Shown here in pieces: positions 24,500 to 37,442 of a DNA stretch of 64,000 bases (position 1 is its first letter; each line of letters begins with the position of its first letter). This DNA comes from Okamejei kenojei (lineage: Eukaryota): assembly GCA_035221665.1 (NCBI GenBank), contig CM069140.1, forward strand, positions 22,754,001 through 22,818,000, read 5' to 3'. The notes beneath the pieces were generated by a model. That model worked only from the letters and a program-made list of their open reading frames with translations. It was not told where the DNA came from and ran no database searches. Position numbers and translations under genes: made by a program.

Positions 24500-25490
24500 A
24501 AGTCACGTTGAGTTTAACTTCATACGCACATGTATGGTGAGGGACAAGTACAATGACAATCTTGCTTGAAGCAGCATCTCCAGCAGATAGACAACGTGCA
24601 AAACATAAATTGTACATACATTCTGTAAGAAAAAAGACAGCAAAAACAATATATTAGTGGAAAACACAATAAGAAACAAACCCAGGGTAGTGCAAGAGCT
24701 GCTCAGCAATACATTGTTGAGGTGGAATTAGGATTGTACTACATGGTTCAGACTGGAAAAAAGAGATCCTGACCCAAACCATCACTTGTGCATTCCCTCC
24801 ACAGGTGCTGCCTGACTTGCTGGGTTGCTCCAGCACCTTGAGTTTCAATTCAAGAACCTTATAGTTGAAAGAAAGTCACTATTTCTGAACCTGGTTGTGT
24901 GTGAACACCTGCCAAGTGGTAGCTGCGTGAACGTGATGGCTGTTGCCGTGGTGGCTGGGCTGAGTCTACCACTCTCTTCAGCATCTTAGGTTGTGTGTCA
25001 TGCCTGGGCATGATGCAAACAGTCAAGATACTTTCCATAGTACATCTGTGTTTGATGACATGCCAAACCTCTTCAATCACCTTCTTCATGATTACATCTA
25101 TATGCTGGGCCCAGCACATGTCTTCCAAGATATTAGCTGTTGCGTTTATTTGTACAATAAAGCTCGTACCGCGACGTAAACGGAGTATCTCTTTATTTAG
25201 CAACTCTGTACAGCAGCCACCAGCTCGTGTGCATGCCCGGGCAACTCCCTAACTGCCACACCCCCGGGTTCCCACGTCACCTCCGGCCACCGCATTCCTT
25301 ACACTATTATTCCCATAATACCACATTAGCAACCCAGATTTTGAACCTGCTAACTCTCCACTGCCAAACAACCAATGAAAACTGGCACGTGGTCTCCAGA
25401 CTTCCCCTTTCTGAAGTGAATGATTACTTCCTTGATTTTGTGACATTGAGTGAGAGGTTGTTGTTGTGGCACCACTCAACCAGGAGAGCG
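24500..25490 (-). mobile_element. Decayed Rex1/Babar LINE fragment
   Basis: Minus-strand LVEWCHNNNLSLNVTKSRK and RCTMESILTVCI; tail near 24500-24520. A Penelope-derived repeat is inserted near 24750-24850. Confidence 0.7.
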
Positions 25491-25584
25491 CGCTCCCTCT
25501 CCCTCTCCCTCTCCCTCTCCCTCCCCCCCTCTCCCCCTTTGCTTTGTTCCTCAACTATTTTTCCAGAAAATAACTTAAATTGTG

Positions 25585-26735
25585 TTGCTGCCAATTTCCA
25601 CCCTGCTTTCACGTGTTTTTGATATGATTCTTCCCTTCCCGGATTTCTGTCTCCATCTCAGTGGGGATTGGTTGCCATATCTATTGCAAACCCCAGAGTG
25701 ATCTTGATTATAGTTCCTCCCATCCTGTTTCCTGTAAGGATTCCATTGCATTCTCCCAATTTTTCCATTTCTGTTGTATCTGCCCTTGTGATTAAACTTC
25801 CCACACAGGTACCTCTGTTTGTTGCCTTTAAAATTGTTCCCAAAGCCATTGCTTATCTATTTCCCAAATCTTCGGTCTTCGCTCTATCCATTTTACCGAG
25901 AACAAGGATAGTTCTCACCTTGCATCAAATAGCTTGCATATTTAATGATTATCTTTTGCAATTTGAATCAAAATCAACAGGGTTTCACCACCAGACACAC
26001 TTCCTCCCCTTTTACCATTCTGAAGGAACAGTTCTCATTGCAGCTCCCTGATGTGCTCTTTCATCTGCACCAACTACTCTCGTCCACATGGCAACCAAAA
26101 AGATTCAACATCTGCGCTTTTGCCTTGCCCCTTTGCACTATCCAAGGACCCACATATTCCTTCCAGGTAAACTTTCCTTTGCATTTCAAATTTTGTAATT
26201 GCATTTAATGCTGACAGTAAAGATGCCAAACACAGATTGACCCTGAGCTTCCAATTGCCAGTTATTTAAATGTTTTGCCCAACTTATTTTCTGACCCATC
26301 CGTTGCCTCCCTGCACCAAAGCCCAATGTGTAAGCTTGAGGAATAGCATCTCTTCCATCTAAGCACACTACAGCTTTCAAGACTCTACCAAGTTCAATAA
26401 TTTCCAAAAACTGTAAACAGACTTGGTAATTATGCAATAAATGTATCCATTTGTAATATATTAACTTTATCGTTCAACAGCCACTGTTTAATCTGGGCAT
26501 TTCCAGCATTCTTTTTGTTTCGGTACCAGCTCTATCCTGCATTTCACAACTTTAGCCTGTCCATTTTTATTATCTCTAGATGCCCTTACTATTCAACTAA
26601 CCAAGCAACTCTACCAACTTTAGAATCATGTAGGCAACTGTCTTCACCATACCAGAGGTGTATTCTCATTTTTCTATCTTTCCGCAATATAAAACTAACT
26701 TGTTTTCTCACTTGCACAGTTTCAGCCTGAAAAAT
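25585..26735 (+). mobile_element. Old Penelope-like remnant
   Basis: NFHPA.., TRHTSSP and IQGPTYSFQV remnants parallel the younger copy at 21400-21900. Confidence 0.55.
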
Positions 26736-27739
26736 TAATCTGATCTGTTAACAAAATGTTCAGTTTTTTAAATCTAAGATTATGCATGTACATGTTTATG
26801 AGTATAAGCATTTTAAACAATGTCGGTGAGCTGCAGGCTCAATTAACCATGTGGTTTATGGTGTTGTGACAATAACAGAGACTTGGCTGGTATTGATCAG
26901 GCCTGGGCAGGCAGTTCTGTGGCCAGAGTGAGTGGAATAGAATGGAATGCTTTATTGTCACATGTGACAAGGCACAGTGAGATTTGCTTGCTTGCATATC
27001 CACGGTATACAAATAGCCGCCACATTAACGTCGTTGACAAAGTTACAAAGTACCCCCAGCCGACTCCTCCTTTGTTCTTTCCCCCCTCCCCTTCGCCAGG
27101 TTGCAGGTCGTTGAAAGGGACTGGCAGCACATACTCTTTGATCACAGAATGCTCAGATCCTCGTCTGTCTCACACCTACTGGATGTGATGTTAGTTCATC
27201 TCTCAGCTTGGCTACATTACTCTCCCCAGCCTTTGTTAACAAGTTTTATGATCACTGGCCCCACTGGAAAAATAACCACCCAAACCTCTCCACATAGCTG
27301 TGGAGCAGATCCTTGCTTAACCGTGCCAGTGGAAGGCAAGATATTGGGTCAGATTCGCAGTGCAGCAGCATTCAGTAGCATACAATAACTCCTTTTGGTG
27401 CTGATTTTTTTTTTTTTTACTACTTTCATTCCTGAGGACAGTCTGAGCAAGGTATCAACGTAGAGTGAATTAAAGGTGGAACCAACGTACATTTAAACAA
27501 GACAAGAAATTAATCTGCTGTTCATCATGACTTTGGGATTTACCTCAAAACACATAATTGGTCCAACAACTCATTGGGAACTTGTTTCTTCATCTTTTTT
27601 TCCACAACTGCACGTATATTCTCCAGGATCATTTTGATATTTCTTAATATTGTGACCGAATTGAATAATAACAGTTTTACCTCCAATGTGCTGGACACGT
27701 GAAGCTTTGAACACTGTTTACTCTTCTGTTAAATTAAGA

Positions 27740-28405
27740 TTTTTTTTTTAATTTTCTTTATTAGAAGTAATGTACTTTACAATGATATAAGCCAAAAATA
27801 ACATAATACATTTCCTGTACCACTTCTTATTTTATACTTGAAGAAGAAAAAGAATAAGAAGAAGAATAGAGAGGGTTAGATAGGATAGTAAGTGCGTGAG
27901 AGAGTGATCCGGAAGAGCCCGTAGAAGCGTAAGACACAAGAAAGACTAAAAAAGAAAAACAAAAGAAAATAAAGAAAATAAAATAGAAGACAGAAAATAT
28001 GAGAAAGTAAAATAAGCTAAGATAAGATAAAAGGGATGTACCTCCTTCGTATCTTTACACACCCCTCACCAGGTCCTGATACCATTTATATTCAGAGTTG
28101 TGTTGCACCCTATGCTTGTAATAAGTCGATAAATGAAGACCAAATATTTTGGAAATGGTCTGATTTGCTTGCTAGGAGGAATCTCATATCTTCTAGGTGT
28201 AACGTTTTGGACATATTTGAAATCCACATTTTTATCATTGGTGTGGGGGCGTTTTTCCAGAATTTAAGTATTTTTGCCATTATTAAGCCATAATTAAGGA
28301 AGCTCTTTTGGAACGAAGTCAGCTCAAGGCTGGCTTCCATTGTTCCAAAAATAATCAATTCTGCATTCGGTTTCAATTTTATTTTGAATAATTTTGTAAA
28401 ATGTA
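27740..28405 (-). mobile_element. L1/Tx1-type LINE 3' end
   Basis: ORF 28110..28376 (IIFG..NYGLIMAK..KFWKNAPTP..MW..LHLE..IWSSF) is a typical L1/Tx1 ORF2 C-terminus. Minus-strand AATAAA plus poly(A) at 27740-27762. Confidence 0.75.
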
Positions 28406-28520
28406 TTTTGAATGGGAATTAAAGTTATCTTTGTGTTTATTTAATTATGGCATCCGTGTGAATTATCATCCACTTTGGGTCACACAGTATGGAATCAATA
28501 TAAAATAATTAATTTTCCAG

Positions 28521-28875
28521 ATCCTTTGGTCTCGGAAAAACTTGGACGAGCACCATCAACAAACAAAAGTCGTCAGCAACTCCAAAGGGAAAGGGCATTG
28601 AACCAACATAGCAGAACAAACGGAGAAAATGAAGTTCCTTTCATCCTTCCAGAACAACAACTGTCCAAAACCAAGATGAATCTTCCAAAAGCTACAGAGC
28701 TACCAGCATCTGAGCAGGGACCAAAGCCAAATGTAGAAGAGGCTAATAAACAATTAACTGCAACTGAGGAAAGCTGTAAGAAAGAAACAAAGAACCCTGG
28801 AGCCAAAGCATCATGTGTATTCCAGGATTCTACAATTAAAGAGCTCTCAACAGAACAGATGAAGGGGATGGAATT
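28521..28875 (+). CDS. GORAB: GORAB coding exon 2
   Basis: Acceptor TTTTCCAG|AT completes D-P. Contains the conserved NKSRQQLQRERAL. Frame continuity with exon 3 requires the donor GAATT|GTTAGT (phase 2). Confidence 0.9.
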
Positions 28876-29047
28876 GTTAGTAAGTCTAGAACTAACTATT
28901 GGAAATGGTGCTTAATTATTTATGCAGCCATCTTGGCAATGGTGAGATTCAATGCCTCTCACCCCTTCGGAAAGTAATCAGAAACATGCCAATGAACCAT
29001 ATATTCTGCCTAACTCTAATATAGAAAGAGGAGTTGACCTTCAACCT

Positions 29048-29700
29048 CAATAGACAATAGGTGCAGGAGTAGGCCATATGGCCCTTCGAGCCAGCACCGC
29101 CATTCAATGTGATCATGGCTGATCATCCTCAATCAGTATCCCGTTCCTGCCTTCTCCCCATAATCCCCTGACTCTGCTATTTTTAAGAGCCCTATCTAGC
29201 TCTCTTGAAACCATCCAGAGGACCTGCCTCCACCGCCCTCTGAGGCAGAGAATTCCACAGACGCACCACTCTGTGAGAAAAAGTTTTCCTCGTCTCCGTT
29301 CTAAATGGCTTATGCCTTATTCTTAAACTGGCCCCTGGTTCTGGACTCCCCCAACATCGGGAACATGTTTTCAGCCACTAGCGTGTCTAAGCCCTTAACA
29401 ATCTTATATGTTTCAATGAGATTCCCTCTCATCCTTCTAAACTCCAGAGTGTACAAGCCCAGCTGCTCCATTCTCTCAGCATATGACAGTCCCGCCATCC
29501 CGGGAATTAACCTTGTAAACCTACGCTGCACTCCCACAATAGCAAGAATGTCCTTCCTCAAATTAGGGACCAAAACTGCACACAATACTCCAGGTATGGT
29601 CTCACTAGGGCTCTGGACAACTGCAGAAGGACCTCTTCGCTCCTATATTCGATTCCTCTTGCTATAAAGGCCAACATGCCATTCGCTTTCTTCACTGCCT
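29048..29700 (-). mobile_element. CR1-clade LINE 3' end
   Basis: ORF 29310..29585 (LRKDILAIVGVQRRFTRLIPGM, ESRTRG). (CAATAGA)n tail at 29048-29060. Similar to 1036-3500. Confidence 0.9.
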
Positions 29701-30344
29701 CTTGAGCCTTTTCTACCATTCAGGTAGCCCACATATCATTATCTTGATTTTGTTTAAGGGACCTTGATTCCTTAAAATTTGTACAAATCTATATAATCTC
29801 ATTTAGAATTCTGGATCAATCTATCCTGAAATAGACCAATTCTAACATTTTTCACGTAAAGAAGTAGTCTTTGATTTTCGTCTTATGCAGCCTTGATCTA
29901 ATATGAAGATTATTTCTCCTCCCGGTGTTCTGAACGAACACTTGAGGAGCTATATACCCTAACATATTGTCATAAATACCTAACTTAGATTGCCCCATAA
30001 GTTTTTCTCTTCTTGCTAATGCACACCCGTTGTTTGCAACCTGTGTTAGTGTTATTTAGATAATTTTAGTGGAAAATAGTACAAAACTGCTAAAGCATGG
30101 CTGACCAGTTTGCAATAACGAAAAGACTGGTAATAATATCCACAAAGATAAAAAGAACATGCTGCTGGATCTTCCCTATGCTTAAAACAGTCATGTTTGC
30201 TTTTTTGTTTTTTTTAAATGTATGATCATGTGCAACATTTGATTTTGTTACTGGTTTGAACAACCAGCTATCTTGTATTTATTGTTTTATAGGTTTTAAC
30301 TCAATTGGACCTAATAATGCTTCAATATTATTGTTTATCTGCAG

Positions 30345-30446
30345 GCGCGATAGATCACGGCTAGAACAACTGCAACTAGAACAGCGAGTAATGGAAGAGA
30401 AGAATAAACGCAAGAAAGCACTTTTGTCAAAGGCCATTGCAGAAAG
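30345..30446 (+). CDS. GORAB: GORAB coding exon 3
   Basis: CTGCAG|G acceptor and AG|GTGAGG donor, 102 nt. RDRSRLEQLQLEQRVMEEKNKRKKALLSKAIAER matches the GORAB coiled coil. Confidence 0.96.
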
Positions 30447-31080
30447 GTGAGGGATATTGACATCCAACCCTCATTAATTTTGGACTACATGCTTGCTGAA
30501 TCAAAATCGAATAATGTATCATGTTCCAGAGTTTGACCTATTATGAAGATTGGATTCTAATGCCCATAATTTATTTGTTCCATGGATGGCACTTAAATAT
30601 TGTAGTTCATTGAATTCTCAGGTCAACAAAGAAAAAATGTGGTCATTCTCGGTGACCCCTATATTTGCACGGTTTAGATAAACTGTACATCTAACCATTC
30701 AGACAGTGCTGCAATTCATTGAGTGAAAGTTCTCATGAATAATGACCACTTGTCTATAGTACAGAAGGAAGATTAACAAATATGTATATAAGTGATGTAT
30801 ATAATAAGGGAAGGAGTAATTTCCTTCTGATGAGTGGATTGCAAAATGAAAACTAATATGTATCTTTTTTTTATCTCATTTGATTTCATGTTGATGTTGG
30901 GTATATCTTAATAAATCTAAGACTTTTGAGCACGTTAGTCTTTCTTTGACAATGTTTTATTAGATTAAAGTTATTAAGTTTCTTAGATTAAATTCAAATA
31001 GGTTATTTTTGAAAGATGCCATGACAAGATATCATTGGCTATATCCCCTATGCCTTCCTGACCAGTTGTATTGATTCTAG

Positions 31081-31221
31081 GTCCAAGCGAACCATGGCAG
31101 AAACTGTGAAGCTAAAACATATCCAAAAGGAGCTTCAGTGTTTGGATGACTTGTTATCGAATGGCGTTAATGTCCTCCGGAATCGGATTGAACAGTCCAG
31201 CTGGGAATATTTACTGGCTAA
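31081..31221 (+). CDS. GORAB: GORAB coding exon 4
   Basis: TTCTAG|G acceptor and AA|GTAAGA donor, 141 nt. Encodes [46 protein letters not shown]. Confidence 0.96.
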
Positions 31222-31659
31222 GTAAGAATATATATACATATACATTTGAAGTGACAAACCACTGCTAGTTTGATCATCCATCATCCTGGAACAGTTATAA
31301 TGTCTTATAGTGCTGACCATTTCAGGTAATTGTAGGAAGTGTCATGGCATCAATAATTAGCATTTACTTCAATTCTGAATAAAATTGTATCTTTAATATC
31401 AGTTAATTATATTTCCCATGAACAATTTTCTTATTACCAAAATCAAAAATGTAATTTTCAACTATTGCTGAATCTTGATTTTTGTGTTTTGCCAGAAAAT
31501 TACATCCAATTTCTTTTGCATATTGTTTGAGTCACCCAAAACATGAACAAAAATGAATATCTTATCCTGCAATGATTATAGGTTACTACAATGAATTATC
31601 TTAAGTGGATATTTGACAGAGGAGTGAGTTGCATGCTGATTTTTTTTAAAAAACATGTC

Positions 31660-31835
31660 ACTGTGGTAGAGTTGCTGCCTTACAGCGCCAGCGAACCAGG
31701 CTCGATCCTGACTATGGGTGCTGCCTGTACGGAATTTGTACATTCTCCCTGTGAACGCATGGGCTTTCGCCGGGGGCTCTGGTTCCCTCCTACATTCCAA
31801 ACATGTGCAGGTTTTAAATTAATTGCATTTTGTAA
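31660..31835 (+). mobile_element. V-SINE fragment
   Basis: GGTAGAGTTGCTGCCTTACAGCGCCAG...GGCTCGATCCTGACT head plus the V-domain. Confidence 0.78.
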
Positions 31836-33052
31836 ATCTCTTACAATTTTTTTATGTATTACTTTATGTGATGCCATTTGGTAATGTGTGTGACATTTTG
31901 GTTCACTTTCCAAAGAATGGCCCAACAGAGGAAGTAAGTAGAATAAAAAGAATTTGGTATCACAGCATGTTCAGATAATTAAAGGAAGGTGGTGGGTGAG
32001 GGATACAAGTTGGGTCTCTGCTCAAGGAGGAAATGATAGGCCCTGTCTATCCTGGTGGAGGACGGGGGTGTAACATGTACATGAAGAAAATTAGGTAGTG
32101 TGAGCCAGGAAATTAGAAACTGTTAAAGCCAGAAGGGCCGTAAATGTGAATGAAGAGAAAACGTGGTCTGAACAGACCTGAGTTTTTTAAAGTTTTATTT
32201 CAGATTTCAAGAAACGACAGTAATTGGCTTTTACTAGATTTTGAGAAACATCCACTGAAACTTTATATAAAGCATATGTAATGTATTACCAAAATAGGTA
32301 GCATAAGTAGTGACAAAAACCATGTTTGTACGTGTGGGAAAGGAACAGCAGGATATGAGGATGAGAGATAAATGGCAGCAAAGAACATATATACAGAAAG
32401 ACCCTTTACCGTAAATCTTGAAACTCTCCGTAGGTCTGACCAGTATCCTTTTAAATGCTTTCAAATGATACTGTTACAAGAACAATAATGCAAATATTGC
32501 ATTTATAAAGTCAATAATCTTGGGATTAGAAGAAAGATTTGAGGACTTCATTTGTTTTACAAGTTACAGTCCGTGTGTTTGTAATGTCTTTAAGGACAGT
32601 ATTGGCCCCTTATTTAATGATGAGAGTTTTTGTTTATTTGGAAATATTTTCAAAAACACAAATACCGATGTATTATATATTGTCACAAGTGATTCTAAGA
32701 TAAGACTGAGTTTCAGATCCTTCTGTATCACTGGAGAGCGTAAAATAATTTATTTGCAAGATGGGCATTATTATCCCTCGATATTCTGCACAGTGATGGG
32801 CGGTCATTTGAACACCAGTTAATGGAACAAAGTTGTGTTAAGTTACTAGAGGGTCAGTGTCCTACAGCAGAGCTAAAAAATGATTCCCTATCAATTAAGA
32901 TAATTTTCCTATAACCCAAAGAGGAAGATCGGTAAGGGATCATTGCAAAATAAATATTCGCAGCCCCATTGTATTGCAATGCAACTGTTTTATTGCCTTC
33001 AGATGGTATTTCCACAATATTGCCTCATTGTTTGTCATTTCCTGGCCCTCAG

Positions 33053-33491
33053 GAAGAGGTATGATAAAGCAGAAGTGGAATATGTTGCAGCTAAGATGGA
33101 TCTTCACAAGAAGATTGAACAGAAGGAGCAACTGACTGAGCATCTGTGTGCCATAATCCAGCAGAATGAACTACGCAAATCTAAGAAGTTGGAGGAACTG
33201 ATGCAGCAATTGGAAATGGAGACAGATGATGAGCAGCTAGAACTAGAGATTGAAGTGGAAAATATGTTACAGAGTCAAGAACTAGCCAAGGCAACTGATC
33301 AGACAAGTGCAGGAACTGACAAATCATCACAGCAGAGTATTCAACAGGGAGACAGCAAGAATCAATCACTGAAACAAACTGAAACGGAAACAGAGAATGC
33401 TGTTACTTGTGAAGCAGATAGGAAAAATTCAAAGGACCAATTTAATATTAAAGGAACTGAATTTGAATTGCAGAATTCCAGAGAAGATTGA
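33053..33491 (+). CDS. GORAB: GORAB coding exon 5 (terminal, TGA at 33489-33491)
   Basis: CCTCAG|G acceptor. Encodes [50 protein letters not shown]. The spliced CDS totals 1095 nt (364 aa plus stop). Confidence 0.96.
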
Positions 33492-33694
33492 GACACTTAA
33501 TATAGCTTGAGTATGTGTGGTGACATTCCAAAATTTGGGCAAAATTGGTGCTGATTTTCAAAATGTTGTCAATCTTTTGAGAAACTGAATCCAAATCATT
33601 TATTCACATTTTATTCAAATGTTGTATTTGATTATAATATCCTAAGTTTACTAACGGTTCAATCTTTGAACAAAATTTTGGCTTTGGGATGGAT

Positions 33695-34200
33695 AATAAA
33701 TCATAATCGGTAATACCTGTCAGAAGTGTGACCTGTAATTTTTGGCACTTTACAAATTTTCATGCACTTCATAAATTATTTGATCTCACTACTTTTCTGT
33801 AAAATATGAAATGTGCAATATAGTTTACCCCCATGACAGTTTATCAAATGTAACATGACAAATTATTGAGAGTGGCTAGAGGATATCTCAATTTTATGCA
33901 AGTTTCGCTCTAAAATGCAAAAAAATATACTGTTGTCATTTATCACTTTAGGTTTGCATGCATATTTCTTTATTTTTAATAATATTTCTGGATTATGGTT
34001 TATAGAATTTATAAATATGAGTAACATAATGCAATTATTGATGAACAGATTACTAGTTCTGTTAGTTTTATGGAAATTTTAATTTTAATTTGTTGATGTT
34101 TAAAAATTTTACTACCAGTAGTGTATTATGTTTACAGACTTTGTAATAATACACTAAGACATGATCTTTACTATTTTAATATTCAACCATATACATTAAA
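33695..34200 (+). terminator. Candidate GORAB polyadenylation signals: AATAAA at 33695-33700 and ATTAAA at 34195-34200
   Basis: Hexamers in AT-rich, repeat-free sequence downstream of the stop. Usage unknown. Confidence 0.4.
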
Positions 34201-35361
34201 CAAATCAGAAAGGAGCACCAGTGAAGTAGGTATTTGAAAATAACATTTTATAGAACTTAGAAATACATATTCTATCAATTCGATTCCTCCAAAATATACA
34301 AAACATCCCTGAATTTTGTTTAAAGCCTTTTATTTTAGGTAATGCAGATAACTTATGATTTTGCATTAGCACCTGTAATCGTCCTTTAATGCATGTTGTC
34401 ATATCATCAATTGTGGTAGCAGGTCGCTGTACCAAAATATATTAACTTGCATTTTGTTCCCCTCCACTGCTCATTGGATCATTCCTTAGACTTAAGTGGA
34501 TGACAGAACTATGCGGATGGTTGGAAATTGTGTACGTGACCTATTGTATCTATGTATATTCTGAGCTTGCTCATTTAAGAACTTTATTTTTTATTGATGC
34601 ATTGATTCAAAATTATCCTGCAAATACAAATGACTGGTACTGCAATTCTTGTAATCTAAAATGTATATCGCTTTGATCCCAAAGTACAATTGCGTGTTGT
34701 TTTTGCTTTTTTGTTTTCCCAGATTAATTTGGTTTGGCATTGCCACGTTACAAATATTTGCACAATTATCCTTTGATATTAAAGGAGATCACACTAAATC
34801 TAAACTTGGCTTTATCTAATATGCGCGCGCAAAATGTTTTTCAATTTTAATGTAAATCACCAGCCTAACCCTTGTTAGATCCTGAAGCACCATTTGCCCG
34901 ACTTAAGGACAAATGCCTTAAGTTCTGTAGAAGAAATCATTTTTGTGATATTCGGAAAAATCATTTGCTTTGCTTCCCACCAAAAATGTTTCAATTTTGG
35001 GCTTGAGTCAAGTACTCAGCTACTTTGTTTAGGAGTTATTTATCTTACTCTTCTCTGCTCTGCACTCTTTTCAAGAGTAAATACCTTGTTATTGGTATTT
35101 ACAATTGAAGATTGAAACAAAATAATCTCCAGATTGGCATTCCTGACCTACAGAAGAATTGCTTATTTTCTGTCAGACAGCCCCTTTTCCTGGCACAGAG
35201 CAAGTATGAAACTAAATGGGCTTTATTTTAAAAGTAGGTCTTGAGTGAGTAAAAGGTACATTGGATTTTGAGTTTCTCTAAATTGGTCTGCATTGGTGCA
35301 ACACATTTCCTGTTGCAAATTTAATTTAATTATGTTCCAGGGGCTCACTTAACTATTCTTC

Positions 35362-35427
35362 GATTGTCATTCCAAGCCAATTACACTCTTCTGATTGTCA
35401 TTCCAAGCCAATTACACTCTTCTGATT
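35362..35427. repeat. Perfect 31-bp tandem duplication
   Basis: GATTGTCATTCCAAGCCAATTACACTCTTCT twice, then GATT. Confidence 0.95.
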
Positions 35428-37404
35428 TCACCACATGGGATCTCTGAGAATTTTGCACACTTGTTTTACAATAGATTTTATTTAGTAACGTGTAATATTC
35501 TTAAATAAATGATTTTGCATGTTGATCTTTGATCCTTTGTCTCCATTTAAGGCACATGGAAAATGAATGATGTTTTCTGGAACAGCGTACCAAACTGTAT
35601 TTTGACTTGGCACAAGGAGCGGAATATAATCCATATCTTCAGCTAACAAAGAAATGTAATATTTCACAGTCAAACGATCACAGATTTTTCTAAAATTGAC
35701 TTTGATCTGCCATTGATTCATTCTCCTTTTGAGCTGTAATAATAGCCAAAGCAATCAACAATGGCCCTTTTTTATCCATTGCTTCCACCTGTTTCACGCC
35801 TATTATTTTCGGAGGTGCTGCAGTCGTTCATGAAGATGGTTCACCATCACCCTTTGAGCACAGTTAGGGATGGGCTAAAAATACTGGCCTTGCCAGTGAT
35901 GCCCAGATGTAATAAGAAAACATTATCATCTGTGAACCAGAAGCATTGGTTTCTTAGATCTCTGCCCCTCAGAATAATTTGACAACATTGCAGGATATCA
36001 AAAGTTCATTTTTATTCAATTTATGAATTGCTCAAATAATTTCCATGAATATTAACAGCCAAAGCAAGACCAGAATGAAATTTGTATGTACTTTCTTAAC
36101 CTTTTTACAAGCTGTTCTGCTCTGGCAGTAAGTGAAGTTTAAATCTCAGGCTAGAAACAATTCTCTAGGAACAAATAGAGATAGTTTTGCTGGAAATATT
36201 GTGTTCAATACTATTGGTGAATGGACTGATCCTTAAAAAAAAAAACATTGACTTAACCAGCCTATATGATACTTACGGCTGTACATAACATACTATTGTG
36301 ACTGAATTATATGGATCATACATGTAATTAGCCCTTCAATATCCAATGTGAACCCAGCAATCATGGTTGACGATGTTGTCAAATGCAAAGCATTAATCTG
36401 CCTTGTTTTACTGTGAACAAGTGGGATAGCCCATATTGTCAAACTCAATCCATGTGGCTTTACATAAATGTGCACATTCTGCTTTTCACACCAGTAAGTT
36501 ATTTTGTCTTGCTTCTTAATTATCCTTTAGCATTTCTAATTTAAACTCCAGGATGGCCCTTTTACCTTTTTTTAAAGTTTGTCCTCATCCATGTTCCAGT
36601 TTGCCCTTTTATCTCTTTCCACTCACAGTCACATAATTCTCAAAGGACTGTTTAAAGCAACTTTTCCAATTACCAAGATAAGCTTTTGATCATTGGTTGC
36701 TTAATCCCGAGAGAAAGGTGCTTCTGTTTAGCCTATTAACCATCATTCTTCGAGCCGTTTACAAAAACATCAAAATTAACCACAAAATTTTCAAAAATCT
36801 TGAAATGTACGTTGTTCTCACACCTTGCCCTTCTAGCTTGAAGTTGTGGCTTTAATTTTATTTTTCTGTTGAATTCATTACATAAATAAAAGTATGGAAT
36901 GTGTAAAAGCTGGTTTGCCTCTCACTCTCTCTGACATTGTCTCCAGAGCAATGACTCCATTCACTAATGTGGAACATGGTCTTCTTGGCACAATTAACTC
37001 ATCAAGTCAGTCCCATACCAATTAAGAACAGGAGCAGGCTTCTCAGACCCTCAAGCTTGCTTTGCATTTCAGAAAGTCAAGGCTGATTGGATTGTAACCA
37101 CAACTTCAAATTCCTGTCCGCCCATGGTAACCTTTCACCCACTTGTTTATCAAGAATCTTTTTACCTCTGCTGTCAAAATACTCAAAAGATTCTGCTTTG
37201 GATTTGGAAGAAAGTTCTAAAGACTCGTAACCTTAAGAGAGAAAAGATTACCTTAACTGGTCAACCCCTGATCTGTAAGCTTGTCTATATTCTCCAAGAG
37301 GAAACATTCTCAATATATACATCCACACAGAACATATTGTGTTTTCATTAAGTTCTCTCCCCCCCTCCCCTTTGTTCTTCTAAACTATAATTTACTTGTG
37401 CTTT

Positions 37405-37442
37405 TGTAGTTGAGAGACATCGTCTGATGTCTCTCAACTACA
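37405..37442. repeat. Perfect inverted repeat, 17-bp arms with 4-nt spacer
   Basis: TGTAGTTGAGAGACATC-GTCT-GATGTCTCTCAACTACA. Confidence 0.95.
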
